From Ophelia neglecta (lineage: Eukaryota): 64,000 bases of DNA. Location: positions 87,296,001-87,360,000 of the forward strand of contig OZ260662.1 of assembly GCA_965285935.1 (NCBI GenBank), read 5' to 3'. A program made the position numbers and the translations under genes. Below the pieces are notes generated by a model. The model was not told the DNA's origin, ran no database searches, and saw only the letters and a program-made list of their open reading frames with translations. Below are positions 26,801-40,139 of this stretch, in pieces; position 1 is the stretch's first letter; every line of letters begins with the position of its first letter.

Positions 26801-29800
26801 TATCGAAATAGCAGTACTATTTTCAATGTTAGGCCTATGTAGGCCTATCCTTAACGGTAGGTCAAAACGCATTATCACATTACCGTTTGCTCAACAGTGC
26901 CATCCATTTATCGCTACTTACTTAATAAATCTGCGACGTGTTTATCGCTCCTCATACGGTCAAGCTATTCCTTAAATTAGGAATAAGATTAAGATGTCAG
27001 CTAAGTTGTCATGTACTTTTTTTTAGCTTAGAAACTGTGCTCTCGTGTGCTAGCTGTAAGTCACCGGACGTCAACAGCGAATTACTGCCGAGACACGTGT
27101 GTCACTCCTAGCGATCGGGCGCTATCTAGGCATGAATGCAATAATACTGACAGCAGACGGCTGAGCCTTCGTTCCAGATCGTTCAAGGATATCCACACCC
27201 CGTCTATAACAAATTATACCAAGCAACATCCTATGCAAAATGACCGGATATCTCTTGCTGGGCATTACACGAGCAATTAAGTGAATTTATATTGTGCTCA
27301 GCTATTATCCAGACCTACAGATCTATAAATTGCGCACCCTTAAAATCAAAACTCTTCGTTTCGAGGCAAATTATACTTTTTTTTTTACAAATCTGACTGT
27401 CTTCTTAATATGGCTAGTCAGAAAGTTCCTTACTTTTAAATACACTATTTGCAATAGTGACCGCCAGCCCCGACACTAAAATGGGTCAGAACAACGCGAG
27501 ATTTGCTGGGAGTACGAGATAACATTAACCTATCACATCTGCTACATCATCCGCATGGTATAGACCGTCAGGTATGATAAGAATGATCTGTGCTAGCACA
27601 GTCTTCACCCAATACACACAGCCAGAGTGAAACCAAGGAAATTAGCAATTATAAAAGATGGTTGATTATTACATTAAAAGTAAAATATAGTTGATAAATA
27701 TATCAATACGAAAGTATCAGGATAGAAAAAGCAAACATGTCTAAATGCATATCATTAAGTGGTTTCAAAAATATTTCGATAATGTGTTGATTGTGTTCTA
27801 CAAGTTTAGCTGAGCAAGATCAGGACAGTGACAGTAAAATTTGGCTTTAATCGGCCAATCAGTATTCTTGACAAATGGTGTTACCAGTTCCGAACATATT
27901 ATTATGGAAGCTTTTTTTTGCTTATATCAAAAAAGATATGATGTTTCAAGGTTTATATTTTAAACACCGAATAACCATGAAACTTAATGTGCGAATCGCT
28001 ATTTGAACAATATATTTTGCTGTTTCAAATATGTACATGAAAATACGTTCTACACGAGTATCGCCAATCTTATAAATCTGTAGCTAAGTCTCTAGCTAAA
28101 TTCATCAAATAATATCAGGTCAAACAATTAGCCTTTACAGACTCTGGCGCGAAAGAGGTATCGAGCCCCACCCCCATCCCCACTCCTCCATCCTCATCCC
28201 CACCTAGGGGCCGGTTGCATATGATTGCCAATCAAACTATCCAACCGCATTCATCTGACTTAATCCAATTCAACTTATCGTGGCCTACAATTCTTGGGCA
28301 CCAACAGATAACTGTTTAATCTTGGGTTCAAACTAATATGCAAGACAGAAGTTAGATATAATGAAAGACAAGACTACTATATGTCTTAAGTTTGGCATCA
28401 GTTGTTTGCAAACCTGGCCAGTCTCTCTCTTCGCGAGTCGGAGAATTAATCTTCAGTGACCGCTCAACACTCATCACCTCCCAGAAAGGGTCCGGTGATA
28501 GAATATAGGCTAAAAGACAGCATGAAGCTATTGGCCTACTTAGTATATTCCTTATAAGCATCACCCTCTAGCCGCATTGCCCTTCTAACTCAACATGGCC
28601 CTTTTTCCGATCAACAGTGGAATGACCGACGGTCAGCAGGTTTCCACACCCCCCGGGGCAGCACTTGGACCTGGCACCAGTACCAATGTGAACCATGACC
28701 CGCAGTTGCCCCAGGGTAATTCCATCAACTGCGATGATTCTGAAGAGGACTTATCAAATATTTGTCTCGCTTTGGAAATCCCCCCCGGATAGTTGGAAAC
28801 TGAAGCCATACTCTTCGGATAAGAACATAATATATAAATACACTGACCTTGAGACGCATTATGGAACTACTTTAACTGATTTGGTGTCAAGAGGCTTCCG
28901 GCATTCCGATTCTTTTACATGAATCGCACTTTTTAAATCGAAGAACTAATGGAAGAATTTGAAGCGTTGCGTTACTGCGCTAGGTACAACCTGGGAATAA
29001 TATACAATGTCGGGCCTTGGTACAAAATACAAATTCAAGCTTTTTTAGAGAAAGAGCTTCAATTAAGATGATAATGGGAAACTTGTCAAAAAATGTATTC
29101 TATTTATTTGCTGGGTTCAATCTATCGGTTTTGTATTTATATATGTATATTAATTAAACGATGGCAGCGAACGACTCCGATTTCCAAATTTCTCTCTTAA
29201 ACTTGCTACGGGCGTAAATTGTGTGTGAGGTAGGAGGGGAGCGGACAAGACCTTCATTTTATTCTTAGCAAAAGACTGCTCGTCGGAGAGACAATGAATT
29301 TACAGGCAATTGAACTTCCGATTTTGTTCACAACTTTTAGTTATGTTTCTCTGTATGGGAGCAATATAAATTGTCTCTCATATCACGGTTAATATTTACA
29401 TGAAATCTATACCATGTAAACAACAAGTACTACATGGTTTGAAGTCTAGTGAATGTAGTATTGCAATATTTATTTACTAGTTGTAATTATATAGCTATAG
29501 TTAATTTATAGTACACTAAGTACACTCAGTACCCGGTATAAGTATGATTATGATGTATGGATGGCATTTATGTCATATCAAACACAATCTTATCAAAGCC
29601 ATTGGTCTTGATTATGGAATCCAAGATTTCTGCATGATCAAAATAATGGACATAATGACTAATAACAAAAAATCGAAATATAATAAAAGTCATTAACAAA
29701 AGCTAGTAACTAAGATCCGGTGAGCCCAACATAAAATTAGCGCAAGTGCAATATTATATCACATGCATGTGCCTGGGCAAGCTGGATATGATATGTTTGA

Positions 29801-32800
29801 GTATTGATAAGAGGCAGTGATCCTTCCAAAAATGCACAGACGCCCCTCCTCACAGGAGAGGGCAGGGGCCGGGGTCTTTGAATTTTTTGGAAGCAAGCGG
29901 CCGAGGAAAATGAAGAATTTCATAAAAAAAAAACAAATTTAGGGCCTACTGGACAACAACACAAACTTTATTCTTTGATCCAAGCCTTTCACTCTTTCAG
30001 TCAGGGCCTCCATTTGAACCAGATAAAATGGTAATTTCGAAATCTTGCAAATCAACTGCCAGGATTGATGTGTTTATGTTAGGAAAGAAATCGGATTGAC
30101 AAATATGTCCCATCTTTAATCCGAGAAGACTATCTCTAAAACTGTGTTATTCTAACTTTATATCGAGCGTTCGGTTGCAAAGCGATGAATGAGAAAGGTG
30201 TTACGTGCTGGCAAAGACAGGGCTGATCTTTGCCGTATCACCCAGGTAAATACCGATGAAGAATTGCCCCAGCCAGGGGTCTTTTGATCAGCCAGTTTAT
30301 GACCATCCTGTGCTATCGTCCAACGATCACTTCAAAGGAGGTTCGGTTGAACCGCTGTCAGCAATGCTCAGCTACTCAAATCATCGGCAAAATTTCAAAT
30401 TTTAGCTCTTCTAACAAGTGCCAATTCTTCTCCCGGCAAAACCACGCGCCGTGAGAATCTACTGGAATCGTGTCGAGAGCAGGCGTCAGTTGAAAAGCCC
30501 TGCGGAACTCGCGCTATCACCTTCGCACAAAACATTTGGTTTCGATTACCTGCTCAATGCTATCAAGGTAGGCCACTAACTCGACACTTGCCCAAAGCTC
30601 GGCTATATTACTTCATCGCTGCACTAGGCAGTGTCTTCATACATGACAAGTGAACACCTTACGAGCTCCGCTTACATTCCCCGAATAAAAGTTCTCGGGA
30701 AGGGTTGCCAAACACTCGGCGTATCATCGGGTAAACACACTGAGCACATGGGAGAAAAAAACCGAGACTTACAACTTCAGTGTTTCTTTCATAGTTTTAC
30801 TAAGCAACACTCATAAAATACACAAACCATTCAGCAAGGGCGCCGAAATATGGGTCAAAATTTGCCAGTTTTCGAGTAGAATTATTACCAAAACATCTGG
30901 CAGGCAGACGTGGACTTTCGAATGAATTATACCATTGTGCCAACACAGAGAACGATTATCGGCTGTATGGTAGACTTTATTTTCATTTCTCTTTGATTTA
31001 GTCTGTGATTAGATATGGACAGTCTTCATTAAACTTCAGACAGGGTGCACGGATTTTATACTTAGTTCAATACAAAACATGTTTGAAACGCAATAAAACT
31101 AAGTGTGCAACTTCACTTCCCTTTTACAAGTCTCAATGGATTCTTTTCTGACTGATTGCGTGTCTAATTCCACAGTCTACGGTAATATTTATGCCACCAG
31201 ATCTCATAATCAACAAATAATTGCGGTGTTAATAGAAAGAGCAAACAGCTCTCCGTACTATCAGTAAACATGGAACGTGCGCAACAATCACTTAATAGTA
31301 AAGGTAGCCGGCGACAGTAGTTTATACAATAGTTTTACAGTGTAATGGCTGTGCGAGAATGGCCCCCGATATGGCGGGTGTTACGGGATGTTACCTGGCC
31401 TGTCTGGGTGGGTTAACACCTGCAACATACCCCTGGCAGGGCCCCAGGACCACACTGACTGGCCACCTCATGCCTCACCAAACTCAGGCAAATGCAGCTT
31501 TAATAATGAACTGTAAAGTGTCACTTAATCTGTTTTTACTGCAGGAGGCCTATGCGTTTGTGAATATAAGAAAACATTTAATTAAAACAAAAAAGTACTT
31601 ATCCCTAAACAAATAAAGAAGAATATATCCGATAAGACAATCTTCTGATAGGGCCTAACATAAATTGCATGAACGAGCGTAAGAGCCAACAGAACTAAAG
31701 GCCCTCAGACTAAGGAGATGAGAATAAGGACAATGCGTTATTAAAAATGTATGAAGATATTATAGAATTAAGGTTTCTGAAACAATGTAAGCACACGTAA
31801 ATTTAGGCTTTCAATAATTGATGTGACTTTTGGATTTGAGACGAATATACAGACTTAAAACGAAGAAAATATTTATGAGATGGTACAAAATCTCGGCAAG
31901 GTCACTAAGAATCAAAGTTAATTGCTTTACAAACAAAGCTTCCTCCTAAGTCAGGGGCTTAAACCAGTTTATCCCGCGCCCACTACTTACAATTAAATAT
32001 GTTTATCTAGCGAAACAAATGTCTCCCGACAAACCCTTGCAATATCAAGGAAATCAATTCTATGATTTTGGCGTCTCGCCTATAATTGATAGTCCAACAA
32101 AGCCCCGCCATTCGGCAAACGCTCTTAATATTTTGCTGGAACTGATAGGGCATTATACAAATTTTACGATTTGTGTGGTAAGACATAAACTAATGCCCTG
32201 AAGATTCTTCATACATTTTACATTAGTGCTTCAAGAATTTGACAGAGTGCCTCTTTCAGCTTTGACATAAGTCTAATTCAAGTTGTTTGCCATTTCACTT
32301 CAGGCAAAACAGTTAATGGGAAGGATAATTTTTTGCCTATATCGCTGTTTCTTTGGTAATTAAATTATCAAATCCAAGTTTAAGTGAATACAAATTGTTT
32401 CTTGACTATCACTAATACATGCATGTGCACATACACCCACACCCACACACACATATATATATATATCTATATATGTCCAGACTCCGATATGATAGAAACT
32501 TTCAGGGTATTTAACTTTTAACTTTCAAGGACTCTAACCCACTCCAGAACACCATGTACAAATTGTACTTGGTTGTAACAAGTAGTACCTCAATTTGAAA
32601 GCAAATATTCAACCATAGTTAATCGAACAACTAAAGTGAACAACACAAGCAAGGCACCTATATATTTTTGTTTTCTCATTTAATGTCAAAGACAAAAACA
32701 TGGGCGCTAACACGCACAGCATGAAAGCACGTGTAGGGCATTTGTTTTCATATAGAATTACCCAAACCAATCATGAGGTCTGTAATGAAAATAGGCATTT

Positions 32801-35117
32801 GAAAAGTCACCGAGTTATCGGTAAACCAAGATATAAATAATTTGCCCAAGGACTAGTGAACTACAAAGATACTCCATTAGTCCGCTGCCTGGTTCACTGG
32901 AAGCACACCAATGTGCGATCAAGACGCCGGTTTTATCCGACAATAACGGTCAATGTTCCAATAAGCCCGGGTTTGGAATTATACCTGACTGCTTTTACGT
33001 TTAAGTGCAGACCATTTTATTGGATTTGTGACAGAAAATAAATGTGCAACGCATTTGATTTAATTGACATGTGACTTTATCAAGTGCAATGTGTTGTTCT
33101 TGACGTCCGAAGCTTTGTTTAGGACGAATTTGGCATGTATTTAAGCTTATATATTGTAGATAAAAACATAACTATTTTCCTTTAAGAAACCAAAAACAGC
33201 AACAATCCAAATCCCATGCAAGTGATTTCATGGGCTTTATATAATGGCTAGCGAACTATTAAACGTTCACTTTCCATAATACATGATAAGAAAAGTCGAG
33301 GCTTCTTAAGCTTTTGTATAATTTATCACAGAAAACCAAAACTTTCTAATTACAGACGAAATTCTGAAGGTCCGATCAAAATCTGTTGACAGCATCAGTC
33401 TTCGGGGCATTTTTCCACATTATTCCAAATTAGGGAGTAGATAGCTGATCATTGTGAACCACCGACATTGATAAATGGTAAGGCCATGAGAAAAGAATCG
33501 CCCCGAGCACAGCAAGATAAAGGGGCAGAAATAATTGAAATACATGCGGGTATATACGAGCTGATAAATAACCGAGCTGATTTCTTTGATAAAACATTGT
33601 CGTTTGGCTTCCTAGCTTTAATTTTGTTTTCTTGAATATGCATGTGCATGTAAATAGGGGACACATGTCAGACTATGATCGCTCGGAGAATATAAATTTA
33701 CCGTGGTTTATAGTCTCTTGTTGTAAAACTGTTCGTATTCATATGATCACTTAAGATACAAATATCAACAGTTGCCCAAATGTTCAAATAAACATCGGGA
33801 TTCATATTTTGCAGGACTTGTGAAAGATAATACGGCCTATATTCAAGCCTCGGTTTAGTGTTGATTGTACTTACAATGTATACCAGTACAGTTTCCTCGA
33901 CACATCAATGTTACCGTGCAGTCTCGAGTACTTTCAAATCTGACACCAATATTTGATCCGTTTTCAGGCTATGGTCCATTTCTATTGGTATTTATGTGTA
34001 AATATTTTTAGTGTTATCTGTATACAAATTTCAAATAAGCTGCAGTTTTGGTGTGAATGACTACAGCCAGTTCCACTATGACAGACTGATGGCAGAGCAC
34101 ACATGGGAGGGGACTATGTCGGGCGACAACCCGGGGAATACTGGTCACATTCAATGCCCAGCCGAGGTTTGCTGAGCTACTTCACTTACATATCAATTGT
34201 TAGCACAGCATATCAAAAAGAAATCAACAACTTCTTGAGAGTTAAGATTCAAAGCGTGCATGACATGAGAGCTGGTTTATGGCATATTGAATACTCAAGA
34301 TATTACTTGGTCTTGTGTCCCCCTGTGTTAGGAAGACGAAGGTACGGTAAGAATGTTTTGTTGGCTATAGGGGGGACTATGTATATAAGTTGTAAGTCCC
34401 ATTAAATCCGGAAACTGGCCCCTTTATTTCAGACATCACCTGACTGGGTTAGGAATATCACACCATTATACTAGTGAAGGGTCTCCTTAAGATATGATTG
34501 TCTCCTATAACAAATTATGACAAGGTTACTGTCTGGGAGACATTACTTCTATTTACAGGAGTGCTTTAACCTGATCAGGTGAGAAGTTCTTATCATCACC
34601 GTCTTGTCTTTTGACTTGGTAAATCCCTACCCGTTTGTTACTTGTTATGTTCTGAAATTTTTTTACTTATTTCTCCATGAATATAGCATTTATTAATATG
34701 GTGAAGGTCATTACCAAATTAGCGTGGGAACGGTTAGTGGAATAGACACTCTTTCCCATGACTGAGTAAGTAATTTCCCTAAAGCGGCGAGATTGAGACT
34801 ATATCCCCAGAAGGTAGTGTGGCTGGTGGTCCCCTCAGCGGGAGAGTAGTCCAGTGTAGACAGAATAGGGGAACTTTACTCAGCGACTGCCAGGAGCATT
34901 CTCCCATCATCAGCCACGCCGACAGTCCTGCACTGCGGCAGTGGTAGTGGATAGATTTCAAAAGAAAGCAAAGTTTAATAACATGACCATAGAGAGCTAG
35001 TGTCGAAGTGTATACTCACATCCACCGAATTCCTCGGCTCTGGCCGGCTAGCACTAGCACCACCAGGGACACGGTCGCCAGCACCGCCTTCGATGAAAGT
35101 TTATATTCTCCAGTCAT
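8629..35117 (-). CDS. Wnt11: Wnt11, secreted Wnt ligand; complete spliced CDS in 5 exons, 361 aa
   Basis: Exons 35020-35117, 17873-18111, 15707-15981, 9087-9385 and 8629-8803 join through GT-AG sites into one open frame of 1086 nt. It shows a signal peptide plus [61 protein letters not shown] and CKYYWCCYVKCKTC. Subfamily-11 features: CKRNLEMM..V.HAAKEV...C, APNY..DL, CSCG..P.EPP, F.D.P and KY.WCCYV.C. Confidence 0.93.
9087..9385 (-). CDS. Wnt11: Wnt11 coding exon 4
   Basis: Acceptor ttttcatccatcag, donor GTAAGA. Encodes [29 protein letters not shown]...YYTKSPDYCLPDQSLGALGTRG(R), including the conserved lipidated Ser (codon 9338-9340). Confidence 0.96.
10113..11333. mobile_element. Possible decayed non-autonomous DNA transposon (TTAA-flanked, Kolobok-like)
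   Basis: TTAA on both sides (10109-10112 and 11334-11337). Termini GGCAT-CGTGC and the reverse complement AGTATACGCAT differ mainly by transitions. No transposase ORF. Weak evidence. Confidence 0.22.
15707..15981 (-). CDS. Wnt11: Wnt11 coding exon 3
   Basis: Acceptor tttttttctccacag, donor GTATAT. Encodes (G)[26 protein letters not shown]...FKWGGCGDDVKFG...MNMHNNRAGRK. Confidence 0.96.
17873..18111 (-). CDS. Wnt11: Wnt11 coding exon 2
   Basis: Acceptor tcttctctctttattaaag, donor GTAAGT. Encodes (I)AVNDGRQRYWNRTSDCSKSKTAGLDKQQIVICKRNLEMMPIVAHAAKEVQKTCQSLFGDNRWNCTSVDNAPNYMADLTG(G). Not in the ORF track. Confidence 0.94.
25446..25467. repeat. (AT)11 microsatellite
   Basis: Read directly, in Wnt11 intron 1. 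Confidence 0.9.
35020..35117 (-). CDS. Wnt11: Wnt11 coding exon 1 (signal peptide)
   Basis: acaATG start with an upstream in-frame TAA. Encodes MTGEYKLSSKAVLATVSLVVLVLAGQSRGIRW(I): a hydrophobic signal peptide ending in the Wnt11-like GI(K/R)W motif. Donor AT|GTGAGT is phase 2, matching exon 2. Confidence 0.88.
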
Positions 35118-35160
35118 TGTAATCGGTAGAACAGCCAAAGGTTAATCCATGAAAATACAT
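35101..35160 (-). promoter_or_regulatory. uORF (19 aa, MYFHGLTFGCSTDYNDWRI) overlapping the Wnt11 start codon out of frame, plus a nested ATG-GAT-TAA mini-uORF
   Basis: ATG at 35160-35158 and TAA at 35103-35101 span the main ATG (35117-35115). A second ATG at 35150-35148 is followed by GAT TAA. Confidence 0.55.
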
Positions 35161-35839
35161 CCAATATGGGTGAAAATGAAAAGCTGCTGCGGGTAAGTCG
35201 CCCAATCCGATGGGGTTGGCTTAGAAGAGCACACGTGCGAGGTATACTTTAAGCTGAAATCCCCTTCCAAGTCTCAACACACTTGCCACAGCGAAGAAGT
35301 CGTAGGCGCCCTGTGATATGATTGAGGTTGTTATTAATTGTCTAGATCGACCCAACTCCCCGCGGGGAAAGTAGGGATGCTTGAAACATAACTCTAGACT
35401 TTTTGACAAGATATAACCCGAGTAATTCCCGCCTCAGTCTGGCTCCAATTTACCGTAGTGCGTTCTGAAAATCTCCGAGTGCCTGTTTCGAGAGTTCCTG
35501 CCAAATCTGTTTTGTTTATGCGATGCAAGTCTATCGCCCTACAGAAATCACCTGGGTTTCCATCACAAACTTATTACACATGTCTCGATATAAATTTGTC
35601 TTGGGTTTCAAAAAACTTTGACACATGAAAAGTCACATAATTCCAAGGTTACTTGTATAACAACAACCGTCCTCGTTCACACGCACAGGGGCAATCCAAA
35701 CTTGGCCACCACTGAGCGTAGAGTCTCCTCGTTTGAACCTGTAGAGTAAACTTACTAATCGAGAGTGCCCCGCTAAGAAAGTTGACTTTTCAGCTCAATC
35801 CGTTTAAAACAATGCTACTCCTTTGTGCGCTGTGGTTGG

Positions 35840-36120
35840 TTAAGGCCGATAAGAGGAGCGGTATTGTCTCTTTTGTGTCAAGCGGAGATAGCGAGCTCTG
35901 TCAGTGGCGGAGGCCGGTGACTGGTGTCTGTCCTTCTCACGGCTGGGATATAGCTTCCCCGGCCAGCGAGCCGCGCGGAGAGGGTGAAGGAGGGCCTAAG
36001 TGCCTTGGGGGCCGGGCCGAGTGCACTGAAGCGCAGTCAGGCGTGCCCCTTCTCACCTACACGCGCCGTTAACACAGCGACCGTAACACAGCCACAGAGC
36101 TGGGAAGAGGTGAAAGGCGC
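35840..36120 (-). promoter_or_regulatory. Putative Wnt11 core promoter in a GC/CpG-rich island
   Basis: GC-rich segment upstream of exon 1. A minus-strand TATAT starts at 35952, and an Inr-like CCAGTC has its A at 35922, exactly 30 nt downstream. Confidence 0.45.
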
Positions 36121-39100
36121 AATAATGGAGAAAAACCCACAACATTCGAAACAATAACTGACCTGTTTTGATCTATATATGTCATAGCAGCATGATAGCT
36201 TAATATCACATAACCGGGGCCCAAGACAGTGACCAGAATAATTCAAATGAGCTGAAATTTTAAACGGTTTCTTCGTAGCCTACATTGATTTGATATTTGG
36301 AAGCTATTGGAATAAATCAGATGGTAACAATTCTATCCCGATGATTGGCAAAGGCCTCATTCGATCTTCGCTTTTTTCTTCCTGGATAAGCTGTGCTGAG
36401 GTTCATTGGCTGGTTACATCACGAGAGCCTTCAGGGCCACAGGTTTCCATGTTGGCAGGGCCGAGACATGCTGTTTACACATTTTCCGCAAGGAAGGGCT
36501 GGTATTTAGACAGAAAGGTTGTTAGAAAATCATTACCTTGATACCAGGCCGACTTTACAGCATGTCACAGATAAGAGGCAGATCTTCTAACCGCCATTTG
36601 GTGGACCAGGACTAGCACTTACCACCGACTACCCCATAAAACCTTATCACCAGGGGTCTGCCTATCTGAGGGGGTGGAACCAGGAGGGCTGAACCCCCTG
36701 GCTGACTCGCCAGGCGTAACGCCCACCCCTCTAGCTTCCTACAAATATTTATAACCTGACTATCAGTAACACCGAGTGAACTCAATATTCCTATGAATCG
36801 TTTTCAAATCGGAAACCATCTGTGAGTCTCGTTCTATCACTCACATACATTATGCATGCCATTTAAATAGTCGATCACATTCAGCTGAGTTGGCGAGTGA
36901 ACGGCATGTTGAGTATTGAATTCAGAGGGATGAAGGTTTTCCGTCCACATCCCAGTCACTGTCAGACTCAGCCCAGTCAAACCATCAGGTAACTGTACTC
37001 TGATGTGTAACACACCTTACTGAAAAACATCCTAGATGATTTGAAGCCTGCTAAAGCTCTCCCAATCGTTGACTTCTGTTGACACCGCTCTGGCAAAGCC
37101 GGGATGTATCACCATCCGATTTATGAACACATTGGTTTGCGATCAACATTCAGCCTTCTCACTTTCTGCAGATGTAACACCATATGGCAGTAAGCTAACC
37201 CACTGCGTCAGGTATTGGAACTTATCACGAAAGAATAAATCCAGTCAATGTGACAATTTGCCCCTTCAAAGTTAAATGCATTTGACAAAAAACAGATTTC
37301 CTAAACGGTTGGCTTTATTCTAGGGTGATGCACCAGTTTCTCCGAAAAGGTGGACTTTTTACTAGTAATGTAGCGGCTGGTCGCTTGTTGGGCCACATCA
37401 GCTTGAAGTTGGCTAAAATTTGGCAGTTATGAGGCCAATAACATTATAATATAGTGTAACATATTTCAGCTTTCACCAAATCGCATAGTTTCGTATTTTT
37501 TATATGCTAATGAGAAGCATTACGGAATGTAATGCAATTGAAACACAGAAAAGAACTACTAATATCGATTTAAGAATAATAAATAACTCTCATTGCATGA
37601 TTACATACAACAAAAATATTAAACAATTAGCGCTTCCGTTTGTTTACACCAGGTGTTCAATAGATAGTCGGGACTACAAAGCCAATTAGCCATTTACACA
37701 CAATCAGTCTACTGTTTGCGGCTAACAGTCCGATCATCTGTCCCACCAGCTGTTCCAGTGATGACACAATTGTGTCATGGGTTGAAATAACATTGCGTGT
37801 TACATACAATGAACTGGCGCTGCCATTAATAAATCACTGGGACAGGCTTGTAATACGACCACGAGGGGACCAATATCCTAGTACTATATGTCTGGGTAAA
37901 TACGACCCATATGTCAGCGGTACAAAAAACTCCACATTCACAAGTTCTAGGAGAATCAAGCACCACTCCGCTTAAGAATAAAGTGCTCAAAAAAACCCTA
38001 CACGATGTTTTAAATATCTGTCGGGTATGATTGTTTGAGGTGGTCGACACTTTGCACGGAGTGTTTCGGTAATCATATACCTTACCCTTTTATCTGCTTA
38101 AGGGTAAAAAATTATTGTTTAACTAGGGCAGAACAATGAGGCTTGAAATAGAAAGTCTCATAAATGATTGCCTTCATGTGGTATATTTATAGATGGCTAA
38201 ACAAAGAGGAAACAATCACTTACTCAACAACAATAGATGGCAAATATTTACACACATATATATATTGTTGTTGAGAGGCCTTAAACGATTTTAAAACACT
38301 TGAATAGCTGAAGAGAGGCATGCATATGTCGTCCCTATTCAATAAGATTGAACGATACTCGTTCAACGTATTGAAATAAGGGTGTCACGCTTGTGTTCAT
38401 GTGATGTAAATAAGTGGGTACACATTCAAGTTAGTTATCAAGTTTCAAGAAAAATATATATAATATCATATGCTCTAGATCTCGATGAATTAACTTGTAA
38501 TAAGACCTTATAAAACTGTGACCTAGATGCGTGTAGGTCCCATCTGAGATTCTCATTTCAACATCTATTCTCCCTGTGGAAAGCTGAACAGTGTCCTCGA
38601 CCGCCCTACACTCCATAATCAGTTCAAAGGCTTAAATTACACCAAATTTTGTGAAATTAAAATTGCTGAAAGGAAGCTTTGACGCGTTAATAATTCGTGT
38701 TGAAATCCCCTTACGATGGGTGCTTGTAATATAGGGTGTATGTTGGAGGTATTCTGTCAGAGCCATCTCCTCGAGCTTTGTTCACCCCATTTGTCCTTTA
38801 TAGATGCATTGTGTGGTTGGGCTGAATAAGTGACGCTATAAAATGGTACACTTATTGGTATTGTTCTAATTAGAAAGCCAATTCTAGTATTCTATTCTTT
38901 TTATGAAATTCACACCCGAACTCAAAACAAATTAGCTGACTAGTTCTTTATATTATAGGTATTTGTGTTTTAAGCCTTCATTTCTGTAAAGAATATCATT
39001 AACTGTTATCGACATACTTTTTGGCACTGAAATAAAGTCAATGGCTTTGTTATGACTTAGATATCTGTTGCAAATACTCATCTCATGAATGTAAATGCAA

Positions 39101-40139
39101 GCACAAAACATATTAACAGTATGTTAATTGTAATGATTACCTTAAATGACAAAAAACATGTTTCGTTCGGCGCTAAACTATTAGGTGATTGTAATAAGCA
39201 GGACACCGATTGCTTTGTTTGCCCGAATTTACCACCAAAAAGTCGATCCAGTGGGTTCTTATTCCTCATTACACCACAATTACTTTCTTTGATATCGCTT
39301 TCAGCGACATGTTGTTCAGAATGTAATGTAGACGATGGTTTTCAGAGCTCCCTCATGACAACAGCAGACTGGCAGGCGTTGAAGTAAAAAATGTCAACCT
39401 TTCTTACTGACGTTTCAATCTCTCACGTCAAAGGCCGGGCTAACAATAGCCTTTTGATTTCTTTTCATCTCGAAACAGTTTCTAGTCCCACGGTGGTGAA
39501 ATTGATCGTGAAAAATAACTCATTTAGGCAAATTCCCTTTACTTAATGTGTTTTTAAATTCCCTCAGTGCACAGTAGCATGGCCGGAAGAGAATAGTTGG
39601 TTGACCCACGCAAGAAAAGAAAGGTGTTTTCTGAGAATGCTCTGTCAGTGGACATTCAAGGCACTTGATAATTTAGAGAGCGTTAAACAGGGGGATTCAA
39701 TTAGGACTGGCAATTACACCAACATGACTAAATGATTAATTTAAAGAATCTCTTCAAGATAAGGAAGAAAAACACGAATACAAAACCGCTGATTTACGCA
39801 CACAAACACGCAACCCACTTTAAAGGTTTATAAGGTTATTCTGAAATAGCTCAATTGTTGTTTTAATATTTCCGCAATTCCCATTTTATTATTTCCTCTG
39901 ACGACACTAACTGAAATTTGAAACGATTTAGTGTTGTATGAGAGGCCCATTTTATCTTTAAAAGATGCTTTTGGGGTAATGATTGCGGCAACAGGAAGAC
40001 AAAATAAGTTCCTGCAGCTGAAAACATTGTACTTTGGTCAACCTATTTTCAGAAGTATTGCAAAATGATGATATTTTGATTCACAGTTTTAATGCTTGTA
40101 CCGTGGAGTGTACCGCACTGGCGGCCGTGTGACCGTATT

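Noticed and set aside
18112-35019. TCF/LEF-like ATCAAAG/CTTTGAT sites in Wnt11 intron 1 suggesting autoregulation
   Set aside because: About 7 scattered sites in 17 kb, only about twice the compositional expectation and not clustered.
38431-38616. ORF containing IHRDL (kinase catalytic-loop-like)
   Set aside because: No following K..N, DFG or other kinase motifs; chance match.
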